DNA of 64,000 nucleotides from Eledone cirrhosa (Eukaryota): NCBI GenBank assembly GCA_964016885.1, contig OZ024741.1, forward strand, positions 102,114,001 through 102,178,000. The letters run 5' to 3'. The translations under genes and the position numbers were made by a program. Below, one piece after another: positions 13,101-25,730 of the stretch (its first letter is position 1; every line of letters starts with the position of its first letter). The notes under the pieces are model-generated. The model was not told where the DNA came from. It worked only from the letters and a program-made list of their open reading frames with translations, and ran no database searches.

Positions 13101-14498
13101 TACATTTTTATTATTTTTTTCGTGGGGTTCAATATTATCTTCTAAAGGCATTAGAAAGCCTATTTCAGGAATCTAGGAGGAGATATTTCGTAGATTCAGA
13201 AGTGATTTACTATATACAATGTGTTCTTTTAATCAATTTTTTTCTATGAATTAATGTATACATCGAAATGTGGTGTACATATGATATTTGTTTTTTTGGT
13301 TATATTACCAGTTTTTCACTAATAACATGGAGATAATACCGGCATTGGGAAGGGGAGGCTATATTTCACAATAGACCTGTACCTATTACTAGTTTCGGGG
13401 GCTCACATTTCACATTCGGCTGTCTCTAATACCATACTTGTCGGCATACTTTTAACAACTGATCTTGACTTATTATAAGTTTTAGTGGCGTTTACTTCTC
13501 AACTCACGTGGTCCTATTATTAGCTTTGTGTGCCTAAATTTCAGAACTAAACTAGAGCTAATAGCCGTTTCTGAGAATAGATTTCAAAAATGACCTGGCC
13601 ATATCAGCTTAAGTGGGACAAATTTCAAAAGCTGACATTGGCATATTACCAATTTTTGGTACCTATTTAGCTTTGGTGTCTAAATTTTAATTGACCTGGT
13701 CCTATTACCAGCTTCTGGAGATTCTACTTCAAATTTGGTCTGGTCCGAACACCAGCTTTGGGGACCTACAGTTCACATTGAACTGGCCCTTAATATCAAT
13801 TCAGGGTTCCTATATTTCACAACTGTCCCTGGAGGAGTGCCATCACCTGCAGATTTATTTTGGGGTTGTGGATGTGCAAATTTTCACATCTCACGTGCTT
13901 TCGTAGTCTACATTTCAGAATGGACTCGGGCCTATTCTTAAGTTTTGGGGGTTACGTTTGAATTTTACATTTCGCCTGGTCATATTAGCATATTCCTTTA
14001 CGGAATGGGTGATACATTTCAGGTCTCATCTGGACCTATATTCTGGTTTACCCAGTCTTTATTGTGAATGTGGTGAAATAGTACTGTGTCTACATTACTT
14101 TTGAAATATTTTGTAGCATTTAATTAACTTCTGTTATGGTAGCATGTTACATCAAAAATTCACATAAACAATATAAACTGAAGTCCGAACGTAAGGTTAT
14201 CCCCCTTGCATCATAATGCAATGACAATCTCCATAGCAAGAGATCCCGATCACTTCAGAATTTACCCTATTTGTGTGTGTGTGGTGTGTGTGGTGGTGGT
14301 GTGTGTGTTAGTGAGTGTGTTTAGCCTATGTATAATGAATTGCCTATTTCGTGTGTATATATGTACGTATGTGTGCGCGTGTCTGTGTGCCTATGTTTTT
14401 GTTTACTGTTAGTTCATATTCTGTAACTTATTGATTGAATATATATCGATCGATAAAATAAGTACCAGATTGAAAAAGTTAAATGCACATACATCCAA

Positions 14499-14552
<54 letters not shown>

Positions 14553-14769
14553 ACACACACACACACAGAGACACACACATTCTGTCATACATATTTATAT
14601 ATCGCTTCTTAATCTACGAAATATCTCGATTCAAGAAATAGTCTTTCTAATACCTTCAGAAGATAATATATTTGCCCCCCCCCCCCCCCCCAAAAAAAAA
14701 CAAAACAAACAAACAAAACAACAACAACAAAAACAACAAAAAAACAACAACACAAAATGAAAATAAATG

Positions 14770-14864
14770 TACTCCAGGTGAGTATAGAACTCACGACCTT
14801 CAGATTTCACCAAGTATTACTTTTGATTATGAGACTGACACACTGACTACTGCGCTACCAAGGT
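14770..14864 (-). pseudogene. Degenerate tRNA-Met(CAT) copy
   Basis: Many substitutions in acceptor stem, D arm and T loop. Confidence 0.8.
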
Positions 14865-16327
14865 AACTGGCTGCTCCTCTTATATTTAACTATATCATCG
14901 ATGTCCCTCTACTGTGCTATCACTAGCTGATTGATATGTTGTCTGCCAATGTACAATGGTTAAGACTTCACTGTATCTCTCATTAAATTTCAATTAGAGA
15001 TATTTTCATTGTTGCTTCAATATATCTCATCTACTATAATTGCTTGTTAGGTACAAAACTCATTGTACTTTCATTCTTGTGCTAAGGAGATAACCATAGC
15101 TTCTGAAGTCACCACGATATCTAATTATGGATTTTTATTTGCACTCACTCACATCATAGAAATCTTAATTACACGTGGGAAACTTTAATACATTTTAATT
15201 ATAACGTTCGTGGCTGCATTGTTGTGCAAGGGAGGTAACATTACGTTTATACGTATATGTGAATCTTTGATGCGACATATGCTATCATAACAGAAATTAA
15301 TTAAATACTACAAAATATTTTGAACGTAGACTCATTACTATTTCACTAAATTTACAATAGACTGGGCAAACCAAGGAATAGGCCCAGACTAGATGTGAAA
15401 TGTAGCTGCCACTCCGTAAAAAAATATGCTAATATGACCAGGTGAAATCTAAAATGTAGGCTACCGAAATTGATAATCGTCCCAGGTCAGATGTAATCAC
15501 CAAAACTTAGGAATAGGCCAGAGTCCATTCTGAAATGTAGACTACCAAAACACGTGAGATGTGAAAATTAGGAATCCGTCAATCCCCAAAGAAATCTGCT
15601 GGTGATGGTTTTCCGCGAAGGATAGTTGTGAAACATCGGCAGCCTAGATTAATATTAAGGGCCAGATCAAATATGAAATGTAGGTCCCCAAAGCTGTTGT
15701 TTGGACCAGATCAAATTTGAAATAGATTCTTCCGAGGCTGGTAATAGGCCCAGGTCAATTGAAATTTAGACAGCAAAGCTCCTGATACTTCAAGTTTAGA
15801 GGGTAAGTAGGTACCAAAAATTGGTAATATGCCAATGTCGATTCTTGAAGTGTAGACCCACTTAAGCTGATATGGCCAGGCCATTTCTGAAATCTAGTCT
15901 CACCAAACGGCTATTAGCTCCAAGTTAGTTTTTAAATTTAAGCCCACAAATCTAATAATAGGACCACGTGAGTTGAGAGATATACGCTGCTAAACCTGAT
16001 AATAGATCAAGATCAATTTCTAAACGTAGGCCCGCAAGTAAGGTATTAGACCCAGGCCGAATGTGAAATGTGGGCCCCCGAAACTAGTAATAGGTCCAAG
16101 TCTATTGTAAAATATAGCCTCCCCCTCCAAATGCTAGTATTATCTCCATGTTATTAGTGAAAAACTAGTAATATAACCAAAACAAATATCATATGGTTAA
16201 AAGAACATATTCTTTATAGTCAATCACTTCTGAATCTACGAAATATCTCCTCGAATCATGAAATAGGCTTTCTAATGTCTTTAGAAGATAACATTATTGA
16301 ACTGAAAAAAAAAAATCAAAGTTAGTG

Positions 16328-16422
16328 TGCACCAGGTGAAATTCGAAATCACGACCTTCAGATTCCTCAAAGTATTACTTCTGAATATGAGACTGACGCA
16401 CTGCCTACTGCGCTACCGAGGC
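16328..16422 (-). pseudogene. Degenerate tRNA-Met(CAT) copy
   Basis: T arm disrupted (GTGATTTCGAATTTCAC); acceptor and D-stem mismatches. Confidence 0.75.
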
Positions 16423-16973
16423 AACTGGCTGCTTTATTAATATTTAACTGCATCAACACTACCACTTGTTAATTGCTATATTGTCGGCCAATGTACAATG
16501 TCTAAGACTTCATTGTGTATCTCTCATTAACTTTCAATTAAAGATATTTTCATAGCTGCTTCATTATATCTTATCTACTTTAATTACCTGTTAAATAAAA
16601 AACTATGTTGTACTTTCATTTTTTTTGCTAAGGAGATAACCATAAATTCTGAAAACTCCACAGTCTCTAATTATGGATTTTTATTTGCTCTCACTTCAAA
16701 TGTAGACTCCCAAAATCCGTGAGATGTTAAATATAGCATACCCACAGCCCCTAAATTAATTTGCTGGTGATGCCAATTCTCCAAGGACAGTCTTGAAATC
16801 TACTCCCACTAAATTGATATTAAGGGCCAGACCAAATGTGAAATGCAGAGCGTCACTAAATTTGTTATTTGGACCTGAACAAATGTGAAATCTAACCTCC
16901 AGGAGCTGGCAGTAACTCAGGCCGATCGAAATTTAGACGCCAAAGATGGTGTTGTGTACTCGTTATTTGATAA

Positions 16974-17147
16974 TTGGATTTCGCAACTGATGAAGCCATG
17001 CTTTGCAGCAAAGAGTTACAGCCCTTTATGGTCTGAGTTCAAATCCCGCCGAGGTTAACTTTGCCTTTCATCCTTACGGGGTCGATAAAATAAAGTAACA
17101 GTAATACACTGGTATAATTGCTGGCCTTGTGCCAAAAGAATAAACAA
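16974..17147 (+). mobile_element. Nin-core SINE with 11-bp target-site duplication
   Basis: TTATTTGATAA at 16963-16973 and 17148-17158; duplicated at ~25128-25301; absent from the paralogous unit near 30835. Confidence 0.85.
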
Positions 17148-17479
17148 TTATTTGATAAAAGTAAATCCCCCAAAATAGTTATTGATCCATGTCATTTTCT
17201 AAAATACAGTCTCACTTAAGTTGATAAAAGGACCGAGTCATTTGTGAAATCTTGTCCCCCTAAACGGCTAAGAAGCCCATGTAAGTTGTGGAATTTAGGC
17301 ACCCAAAGCTGGTATTATCTCCATGTTATCTGTGAAAAAATGATAATAAGTCCAGACCAAATATTGAATCTACACCACCTTTCCAACTGTCCATTAATTA
17401 AGTGTACAATTTGGTTAATAGTAAATTGTTTCAGAGGATAATATTATTTAATGGAAAAAAAAACAAAAAAAAAACACAC

Positions 17480-17574
17480 AGATCCGGGTGAGTATCGGAC
17501 TGACGACCTTCAGATACCTCTAAGAATTAATTTTTATCATAAGACGGACGCGCTGCCTACTGCGCTACCAACAC
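17480..17574 (-). pseudogene. Highly degenerate tRNA-Met copy, anticodon TAT
   Basis: A box retained; acceptor stem and B box destroyed. Confidence 0.7.
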
Positions 17575-18289
17575 AACTGGCGCTTCCGCCTGTATTTAAC
17601 TATATGAAATCTATCACATTTTAATGACTATGTTGTCAACCTAAGTATCATACAATATCTAACACTTCGTTGAGTATCGCCAATTAACTTTAAATTATAT
17701 ATTTCCATACTTACTACATTAATTCGTAGATTCAGAAGTTACTCTGCATTTTACTCTGAATTAATGTGTAGTTAGAAATATGGTGTACATTTGATTTTTA
17801 TTTTGGTTATATTACCAGTTTTTCACTCATAACATAGAGATAATACCAGCATTGGGAGGGTAAGGCTATATTTCACAATAGACTTGGACTTATTACTAAT
17901 TTCGGGGGCCCACATTTCACATTCAGCCTGGGTCTAATACCATACTTGTGGTCCTACATTTAAGAACTGATCTTGACCCACTACCAGTTTTAGCGGCGTA
18001 GATTACCCAACTCCCATGGTGTATTATTAGCTTTGGGTACCTAAATTTCAGAACTAATCTGGAGTTAATAGCTGTTTCATGAGACTAGATTTCACAAATT
18101 GGCTGGCCATTTTATCAGTCAAAAATTGGAATTGGCATATTACCAATTTTAGGCACCTAAAATTGGTCTGGTTTTGGTAATGTCAATAGATGTATACGCA
18201 TATAACGTTTTTAATCTGGCACTTACTTTATCGATCAATAATTATTCATTGACTCAGTTACAACCCATTGCAGGGTTAAATCCCCAACT

Positions 18290-18438
18290 ATTGGTTGTAC
18301 TCATCAGCTCTGTATACTGGAGCAACAATAAATGAACTATTTTTGTCAAGAACACAACTCGCAACCCGGCCCAGGAACCGAACCCACGACATTATGATCT
18401 TAAGTCCAACAGTCTCACCACTAGGCCACGCACCTCCA
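18290..18438 (-). mobile_element. tRNA-derived SINE (second family, Meta/V-like core)
   Basis: GGTGCGTGGCCTAGTGGT…GGGTTCGGTTCC head followed by GTGTTCTTGACAA; inverted paralog at 27609-27760. Confidence 0.7.
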
Positions 18439-18559
18439 CATATGGCCAGGCGAGGTGTAAAATGTAGGAGAACAAAGTAGGTAATTGGCACATGCCATCT
18501 GTGAGATTTAAAAGGGGTAACGACTCCCTTCCGTCACGAATAAAAATGCGATTTGCACC

Positions 18560-18853
18560 TAGAAAGATTCCTCTCAGGCACAAGTCCCGGCAAGGTTGTT
18601 TGTGGAAGACCAGCAGTGGCCCATTCATACCAGTCACCCATCTCCACGCTACCGATGATGTCCAAGGTAAAGGCAATGGCCGATACAGGTTGACACCAGT
18701 GACGCCGCAACTCATATTTACAGCTAAGTAAACTCGAGCAACGTGAAATAAAGTGTCTTGCTTAAGGACACAACGCATTATCCTGTCCGAGAATCGAAGT
18801 CACAACCTGCCGATTGCAAGCCCAATGCTCTAACCACTAAGCGATGCACCTCC
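18560..18853 (-). mobile_element. tRNA-derived SINE (second family)
   Basis: GGAGGTGCATCGCTTAGTGGTTAGAGC…TTCGATTC head, then GTGTCCTTAAGCAAGACACTTTATTTCACGTTGCT core shared with the 47497, 53770 and 63190 copies. Confidence 0.75.
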
Positions 18854-19614
18854 TTTGTGAGATTTAGAATATCGAAATTGGTAATAGTCTCACGTCGGGT
18901 GTAAAGTGTAACTCCCCAACCTTAGGAATAGGACCCAGTTAGTTATGAAATGTAGACTCCAAAACCACGTGAAATGTTCAATGTAGCACACCGCAACCCC
19001 TAAATTAATTTGCTGGTGATGGCAATTCTCCAAGGACAGTCGTGAAATATAGACTCTTAAATTGATATTAATGGCCATACACGTTTTAACGCACTGAGGG
19101 CCTACATTTGTGAAATGTAGACCCTCCCAAAATGGTAATAGGGCTAGGTCAGTTTTGAAATATAGGTACATAAAGCTGATGATAAGACCAGTCCATTTGT
19201 GAAATGCAGATTTCCGAAACTGCTAATAACCCCCCTCCCTAGATCATTTTTGAAATGTAGACCCACAAAGAAGTAATAGGCCCAGGACAAATGTTAGCTG
19301 TACGGCCCAAAAAATGGTATCAGGCTCACATCTGTTGTAAAATATAGGCCTACATTTGTAAAGTGTAAAACCTGGAGCTGAATTGTAATAGGCTCTGGCA
19401 GAATACGAAATTAGACCCTACTTCTGACTATCAGTTAATACTGTGTACACTTTGATTCATAATTGTTTCTACTTTTGGCACAAGGCCAGCAATTACCCAG
19501 TGCATTCTACGAAATATCTCAGGCCTCATTTCATGAAGTAAGCTTTCTAATTCCTTCAGTGTTTCATATTATTGAACTAAAAAAAAAAAATAATTAAAGA
19601 AAAAAAAAAGGAAA

Positions 19615-19650
19615 CGCGACAGGTGTGGATCGAACTCACGATCTTCAGAT
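19615..19650 (-). pseudogene. tRNA-Met 3' exon fragment abutting a SINE fragment
   Basis: ATCTGAAGATCGTGAGTTCGATCCACAC; 5' half replaced by Nin-core SINE sequence; inverted paralog at 26897-26932. Confidence 0.7.
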
Positions 19651-19979
19651 TCTGCTTAGTAACTTTGCCTTTCATCCTTTCGAGATCGATAAAAAAGTAC
19701 CAGTCTACTACTGGGTGATCGATTCTTCCACTATATCTCTCTTCCTCTCTGTCACGTTCTATCTTTCCCTGGAAGAAATCTGCTGTACTCAGACCTGGAG
19801 ATGGAGGGGCTTCACCAGGCCTAAAATGCCCAAGGAGAGCCGTATATCAATACGACACCCCTACGACTCTATCAGGAGTTACGGGACCATACATAAATAC
19901 ACTGTATTAACTGGTAGCCAGAAATATTGCAATCAACTCGTGATGTGTTGATGTTAAATATACGAGAGAAAACCCAGTT

Positions 19980-20073
19980 GCCTCGGTAGCGCAGTAGGCA
20001 GCGCGTCAGTCTCATAATCAAAGTAATATTTGGAGGAATCTGAAGGTCGTGAGTTCGATCCTCACCTGGGGCA
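19980..20073 (+). tRNA. tRNA-Met-CAT: Elongator tRNA-Met(CAT) with 21-nt intron, intact
   Basis: Consensus exons; intron ATCAAAGTAATATTTGGAGGA; T-run terminator. Confidence 0.93.
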
Positions 20074-20328
20074 CATTTATTTTGATTTTTTTTTCCAATT
20101 CAATAATATTATCTTCTAAAAGTATTAGAAAGCCTATTTCATAAATCGAGAAGGAGATATTTCGTAGATTCAGAAGTGATTGACACATATACAATGTGTT
20201 CTTTTAACCAAATTTTACTCTGAATTAATTTGTACTTAGAAATATGCCGTACATATGATATTTGTTTTGGTTATATTGTCTGTTTTCACTAATAACATGG
20301 AGATAATACCAGCATTGGGAGGGGTGGC

Positions 20329-20850
20329 TATATTTCACAATAGACTTGGATCTATTACTAATTTCGGGGGCCCATAGTTCACATTCGGCCTGCATCTAAT
20401 ACCATAATTATTGGCCTACATTTAACAACTGATCTTGACTCATAACAAGTTTTAGCGGCGTTCATTTCTCAACTTACATGGTCCTGTTATTAGCTTTGTG
20501 TGCCTAAATTTCAGAACTAAACTAGAGGTAATAGCCGTTTCATGAGACTAGATTTCACAAATTGGCTGGCCATATCAGCTTAAGTGGGACCACATTTCAA
20601 AAATTGACATTGGCATATTATACATTTTAGGCACCTATTTAGCAGCTAAACCGGAACTATTACCAGCTTTGGTGTCTAAATTTCAATTGACCTGATCCTA
20701 TTACCAGCTTCTGGAGAATCTATTTCAAATTTGATCTGGTCCGAACACCAGCTTTGGGGACCTACAGTTTACATTTGATCTGGTCCTTAATATCGATTTA
20801 GGGGCAAAAATGTTTCACAACTGTCCTTGAAGGAATGTCATCACCAGCAG
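20329..20850 (+). repeat. Degenerate ~44-bp tandem satellite (representative tract)
   Basis: TACATTTC-like starts at 20329, 20373, 20417, 20461, 20505, 20549, 20591, 20677, 20719, 20763, 20809. Confidence 0.88.
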
Positions 20851-21275
20851 ATTTATTTTGGGCTTGAGGATGTGCTAATTTTCACATCTGACGTGTTTTG
20901 GTAGTCTACATTTCAGAATGGACTTGGACTTATTCCTACGTTTTGAGGGTTACGTTTTACATCTGACCATTTTACCTTCACCTGGTCATATTAGCAGATT
21001 TCTTTATGGGATGAGTGGTTCATTTCATATCTCACCTGCTCCTATATTCTGGTTTACCCAATCTTTATTGTAAATGTGTTAAAATAGCAATGCGTGCAGG
21101 TTGCGTTTAAAATATTTCGAAGTATTTAACTAATTCCTGTTACGATAACTTATGTTGCATCAAAGATTCACATATACGGTTAGATGTAGTCCTAACGTAA
21201 GGTTATCTCCCTTGCACAATAATAGATGATATTATTGAAGCCCCCCCCCCCCAAAAAAAAAAATGAAAAGATGTG

Positions 21276-21370
21276 TGCCCCAGGTGAGGATCGAACTCAC
21301 GACCTTCAGATACCTCCACGTATTACGTTTGATTATGAGACTGACGCGCTGCCTACTGCGCTACCGAGGC
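21276..21370 (-). tRNA. tRNA-Met-CAT: Elongator tRNA-Met(CAT) with 22-nt intron, intact
   Basis: Consensus exons; intron ATCAAACGTAATACGTGGAGGT. Confidence 0.92.
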
Positions 21371-22207
21371 AACTGCCATAATTGCTTTTATTTAACTACA
21401 TCACTTGCTAATTGCTATATTGTCGGCCAATGTACAATGTCTAAGACTTCATTGTGTATCTCTCATTAACTTTCAATAAGAGATATTTTCATAGCTGCGT
21501 CATTAGATGTTATCTACTTTAATTACTTGCTAAGTATAAAACTGATTGTACTTTCATTCTTATATTAAGGAGATAACCATGAATTATGAAGTCTTCACGA
21601 TCTCTAATTATGGAGATTTATTTACACTCACTTATTTCACATAAATCTGAATTACATGAGGGATACTTTAATACATATTAATTATAACGTTCGTGGCTGC
21701 ATTGTTGTGCAGTATGATGCAAGGGAGATAACCTTACATCCCGACTTCATCTATTTATACTGTACTAGCAGAATGGCCCGGCGTTGCTCGGGATTTGCTC
21801 TAGGGTTCTTATATATTTGATATATATTTATCCTTATCGAGCCTCTTGAAATAAATACGTTTTGTTTATATTTTGTTATTGTGTATGCAAAAATATTTGG
21901 AGACGAATATATAATTATATATATATATATATATAAAACAGTACAAAGAAGTACGGAATACCTCGGCCTCGAGATGGTGTCTACATTTTGTGCTTATAAA
22001 AAAATTCGTCGTAGATTACCAGGAGTTTTTTCCGTGCGAAGAAAATCAATACTTTATCGCGAAATAAATACTTTTGTTTATATTTTGTTATTGTGTATGC
22101 AAAAATATCTCTACACGAATATATAATTATATATATATATATTAAAATAACAGATTAAAGTTTAAGCAAAGAGTCGCTGCTTTCACCCTTAACGGGAGCT
22201 TCTGAAA

Positions 22208-22402
22208 TTAAAATAAAAAATTAGCTGTTCGGCGATTGGTTCGTTGTTTGTTTGTTTCAAGTGCTCTTCTGGTGGCAGTACGTTCTGCATCTTGCGACAG
22301 TCGAATAGCAGATTCCACTGACGATTCGTTTATCCGCCTTGTTCTTTCTCTTGCCACTATCGCATTATTTCGGCCAATGGAGTATCTCTTCCTTCGAGGC
22401 AT
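22208..22402 (-). pseudogene. Truncated N-terminus of a Helitron RepHel-like protein
   Basis: MPRRKRYSIGR…RRINESSVESAIRLSQDAERTATRRALET, a basic/charged repeat typical of animal Helitron protein N-termini; same strand as the element. Confidence 0.6.
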
Positions 22403-23049
22403 GATCTAAAAGCAGTACGAAGTACACTAAGACTAACTGGTAGAGTAAGGAGTAAACTCGTCAGTGATTCATGTGATATCCGAACCGTTGACTTAAAGTT
22501 TAAGCAAAGAATCGCTGCTTTCACCCTTATCGGGATCTTCTACCTAAAAGCAGTATGAAGTACACTAAGACTAACTGATGTAATCGTATGCAATTGTTGG
22601 CCTTGTTTGTTTATATATATTTTTTTGTATATGCAAAACTATCTGTCAGTGATGCATGCGATTATGTAATCGCCGGCCTTGTTTGTTTATATTTTGTTCT
22701 TGTGTATGCATCGTATGTAATCGTTGGCCTTGATTGTTTATATTTTGTTTTTGTGTATGCAGAAATATATATATTTTTTAAAATAACATATTAAAGTTTA
22801 AGCAAAGAATCGCTGCTTTCAACCTCAACGGGATCTTCTGAAACTAAAAACATCAATCTGTGAACGCAGATGTAAATATTTCGAAAAACGCTGGAACCGA
22901 AGGAAAACAGGAAAACGATACTTTGGTTCGTGAAGACGTTCCCTGGCATAAGAATATATATATATATACACACACACACTATATATACATATATACACAC
23001 ACAGACTGATCGCGTCATAATGACGTAATGCAGACAACCCGGAATACAG

Positions 23050-23212
23050 TGGATTAGCAGTATCGGTAGAGGGTCGGACGCCATGCATTATGGTCTGAGT
23101 TCAAATCCCGCCGAGGTTAACTTTGCCCTTCACCCTTCGGGGTCGATAAAATAAAGTACCACTAATACAGTGGGATAATTGCTGGCCTTGTGCCAATAGT
23201 AGAAACAATTAT
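23050..23212 (+). mobile_element. Nin-core SINE nested in the Helitron
   Basis: Same head and core as the 10937 copy, with an internal deletion. Confidence 0.85.
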
Positions 23213-24509
23213 AAGGGTGCAACGTTATATCTATGTATCTATCTAAAAAGAGAAAGACTAAGAATTATAGAGAGAGATCGTTAAATCGCCTAATGCAGTC
23301 CCTAGGGCATTAAAAATTTGAAATTTCTTTGCTCAAAACACTCATGGGACCATAAGTATTACATGTGTAAAGTTTGAAAACAATCGGTTGGGTGGTTCTC
23401 GAGTTTTAGTGATTGGACAGACAGACAGATATTCTCTGTTTTAGTAATATAGATATGTGAATCTTTGATGTAACATATGCTATCATAAGAGAAATTAATT
23501 AAATACTACAACATATTTTGAACGTAGAACTCATTACTATTTCGCCACATTTACAATAAAGATTGGGTAAAGTAGAATAGAGGACCAGATGAGATATGAA
23601 ATGTTGCACCCATTCCGTAAAGAAATCTGCTAATATGACCAGGTGAAGTGTGAAATGTCGGCTAACGAAATTGCTAATCGTCCCAGGTCAGATGTAAAAC
23701 GTAACCCCCAAAATTTAGGAATATACCGGAGTCGAATATGAAATGTAGAGTACTACAACGCAAGAAAATTAGCATACTCTGAACCCCGAGGTAAATCTAC
23801 TGGTGATGACATATTTCAAAAACAGTAAATTGATATTAAAGGCCAGATCAAATGTGAACTGTAGGTCCCCAAAGTTGGTGTTTGGACCAGACCAAATTTG
23901 AAATAGACTGTCCAGAAGCTGGTAATAGGACCAGTTCAATTGAAATTTAGGCACCAAAGTTGATAATAGGTCAGGTTTAGCTGGTAATTAGGTACGCGAA
24001 ACTGGTAATATGACAATGCCGCTTCTGAAATGCTGATATGGCCAGGCCATTTGTGAAATCTAGTCTCACGAAGCTGCTATTATCTCCATGTTAGTTTTTA
24101 AATTTAGGCACACAAATCTAATAATAGGACCATGTGAGTTGAGAAATATACGCTGCTAAAACTTGTAACAAGTCAAGAATGGTATTAGACCTAGGCAAAA
24201 TGTGAAATGTGGGCCCCCATAACTAGTAATATGTCCAAGTCTATTGTGAAATATAGCCTCCCCCTCCCAATGCTGGTGTTATCTCCATGTTATTGGTAAA
24301 AAACTGGTAATATAACCAAAACAGATATCATATGTACACGATATGTCTAACTATACATTAATTCAGCGTAAAGGTTCGTTAAAAGAACACATAATATATA
24401 GTCAATCATTTCTGAATCTACGAAATATCTCCTCCTGAATACACGAAATAGGCTTTTTAATGCCCTCTGATGATAATACTATTGAACTAAAAAGAAATAG
24501 AATAAAACG

Positions 24510-24604
24510 TGTCCCAGGTGAGGATCGAACACACAACCTGCAGATTCCACCCAATATTACTTTTGATTATGAGACTGACGCCCTGCCTACTGCGCTACCG
24601 AGGC
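24510..24604 (-). pseudogene. Degenerate tRNA-Met(CAT) copy
   Basis: Mismatches in acceptor, D and T stems; intron end …GGTGGA. Confidence 0.72.
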
Positions 24605-25635
24605 AACTGGCAATTCCATTTATATTTAACTACATCAACACTACAACTTGCTAATTGCAATATTGTCGGCCAATGTACAATGTTTAAGACTTCATTGTGT
24701 ATCTCTCATAACTTTCAATTAGAGATATTTCGATAGCTGCTTCATTATATCTTATCTACTTTAATTACCTATAGTTTCATTGTGTTAAGGAGATAACCAT
24801 AAATTCCGAAGTCTTCACGATTCCCAATTATGAAATTTTTATTTGCACTCACTTCAAATGTATACTCCCAAAATCCGTGAGATGTTAAATGTAGCACACC
24901 CCAGCCCCTAAATTAATTTGCTGGTGATGCCGATTCTCCAAGGACAGTCTTGAAATCTAGTCCCCTGAATTGATATTAAGGGCCAGACCAAATGTGAAAT
25001 GGAGAGCGTCACTAAATCTGGTTTTGGACCTGAACAAATGTGAAATCGAACCTCCAGGAGCTGGCAGTAACCCAGGCCGATCGAAATTTAGACGCCAAAG
25101 ATGGTATTGTGTACTCGTTATTTGATCATTGGATTTCGCAACTGATGACGCCATGCTTTGCAGCAAAGAGTTACAGCCCTTTATGGTCTGAGTTCAAATC
25201 CCGCCGAGGTTAACTTTGCCTTTCATCCTTACGGGGTCGATAAAATAAAGTAACAGTAATACACTGGTATAATTGCTGGCCTTGTGCCAAAAGAAGAAAC
25301 AATTATTTGATAAAAGTAAATCCCCCAAAATAGTTATTGACCCATGTCATTTTCTAAAATACAGTCTCACTTAAGTTGATAAAAGGACCGAGTCATTTGT
25401 GAAATCTTGTCCCCCTAAACGGCTAAGAAGCCAATGTAAGTTGTGGAATTTAGGCACCCAAAGCTGGTATTATCTTCATGTTATCTGTGAAAAGATGGTA
25501 ATAGGTCCAGACCAAATGTTGAATGTACACCACCTTTCCAACTGTCCATTAATTAAGTGTACAATTTGGTTAATAGTAAATTGTTTCAGAGGATAATACT
25601 ATTTAATGAAAAAAAATATAACTAAAAGACAAAAC

Positions 25636-25730
25636 AGCCCCAGGTGAGTGTCGAACTGACGACCTTCAGATATCTCTGAGAATTAATTTTTATCATAAGA
25701 CTGACGCGCTGCCTACTGCGCTACCGACAC
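25636..25730 (-). pseudogene. Degenerate tRNA-Met copy, anticodon TAT
   Basis: Paralog of the 17480 copy; loop CTTATG; acceptor 5' strand GTGTCGG. Confidence 0.72.

Larger units (their letters stand above)
21765..23453 (-). mobile_element. Non-autonomous Helitron (1689 bp)
   Basis: 5' TC, 3' hairpin CCCGAGCAACGCCGGG then CTAG; inserted at A|T with no TSD; empty site in the paralog at 29023/29024. Confidence 0.92.

Noticed and set aside
18365-18438. Possible additional tRNA genes (also 18780-18853, 27609-27680, 47497-47565, 50270-50340)
   Set aside because: A and B boxes are present but the cloverleaf is poor and the sequence continues into SINE cores
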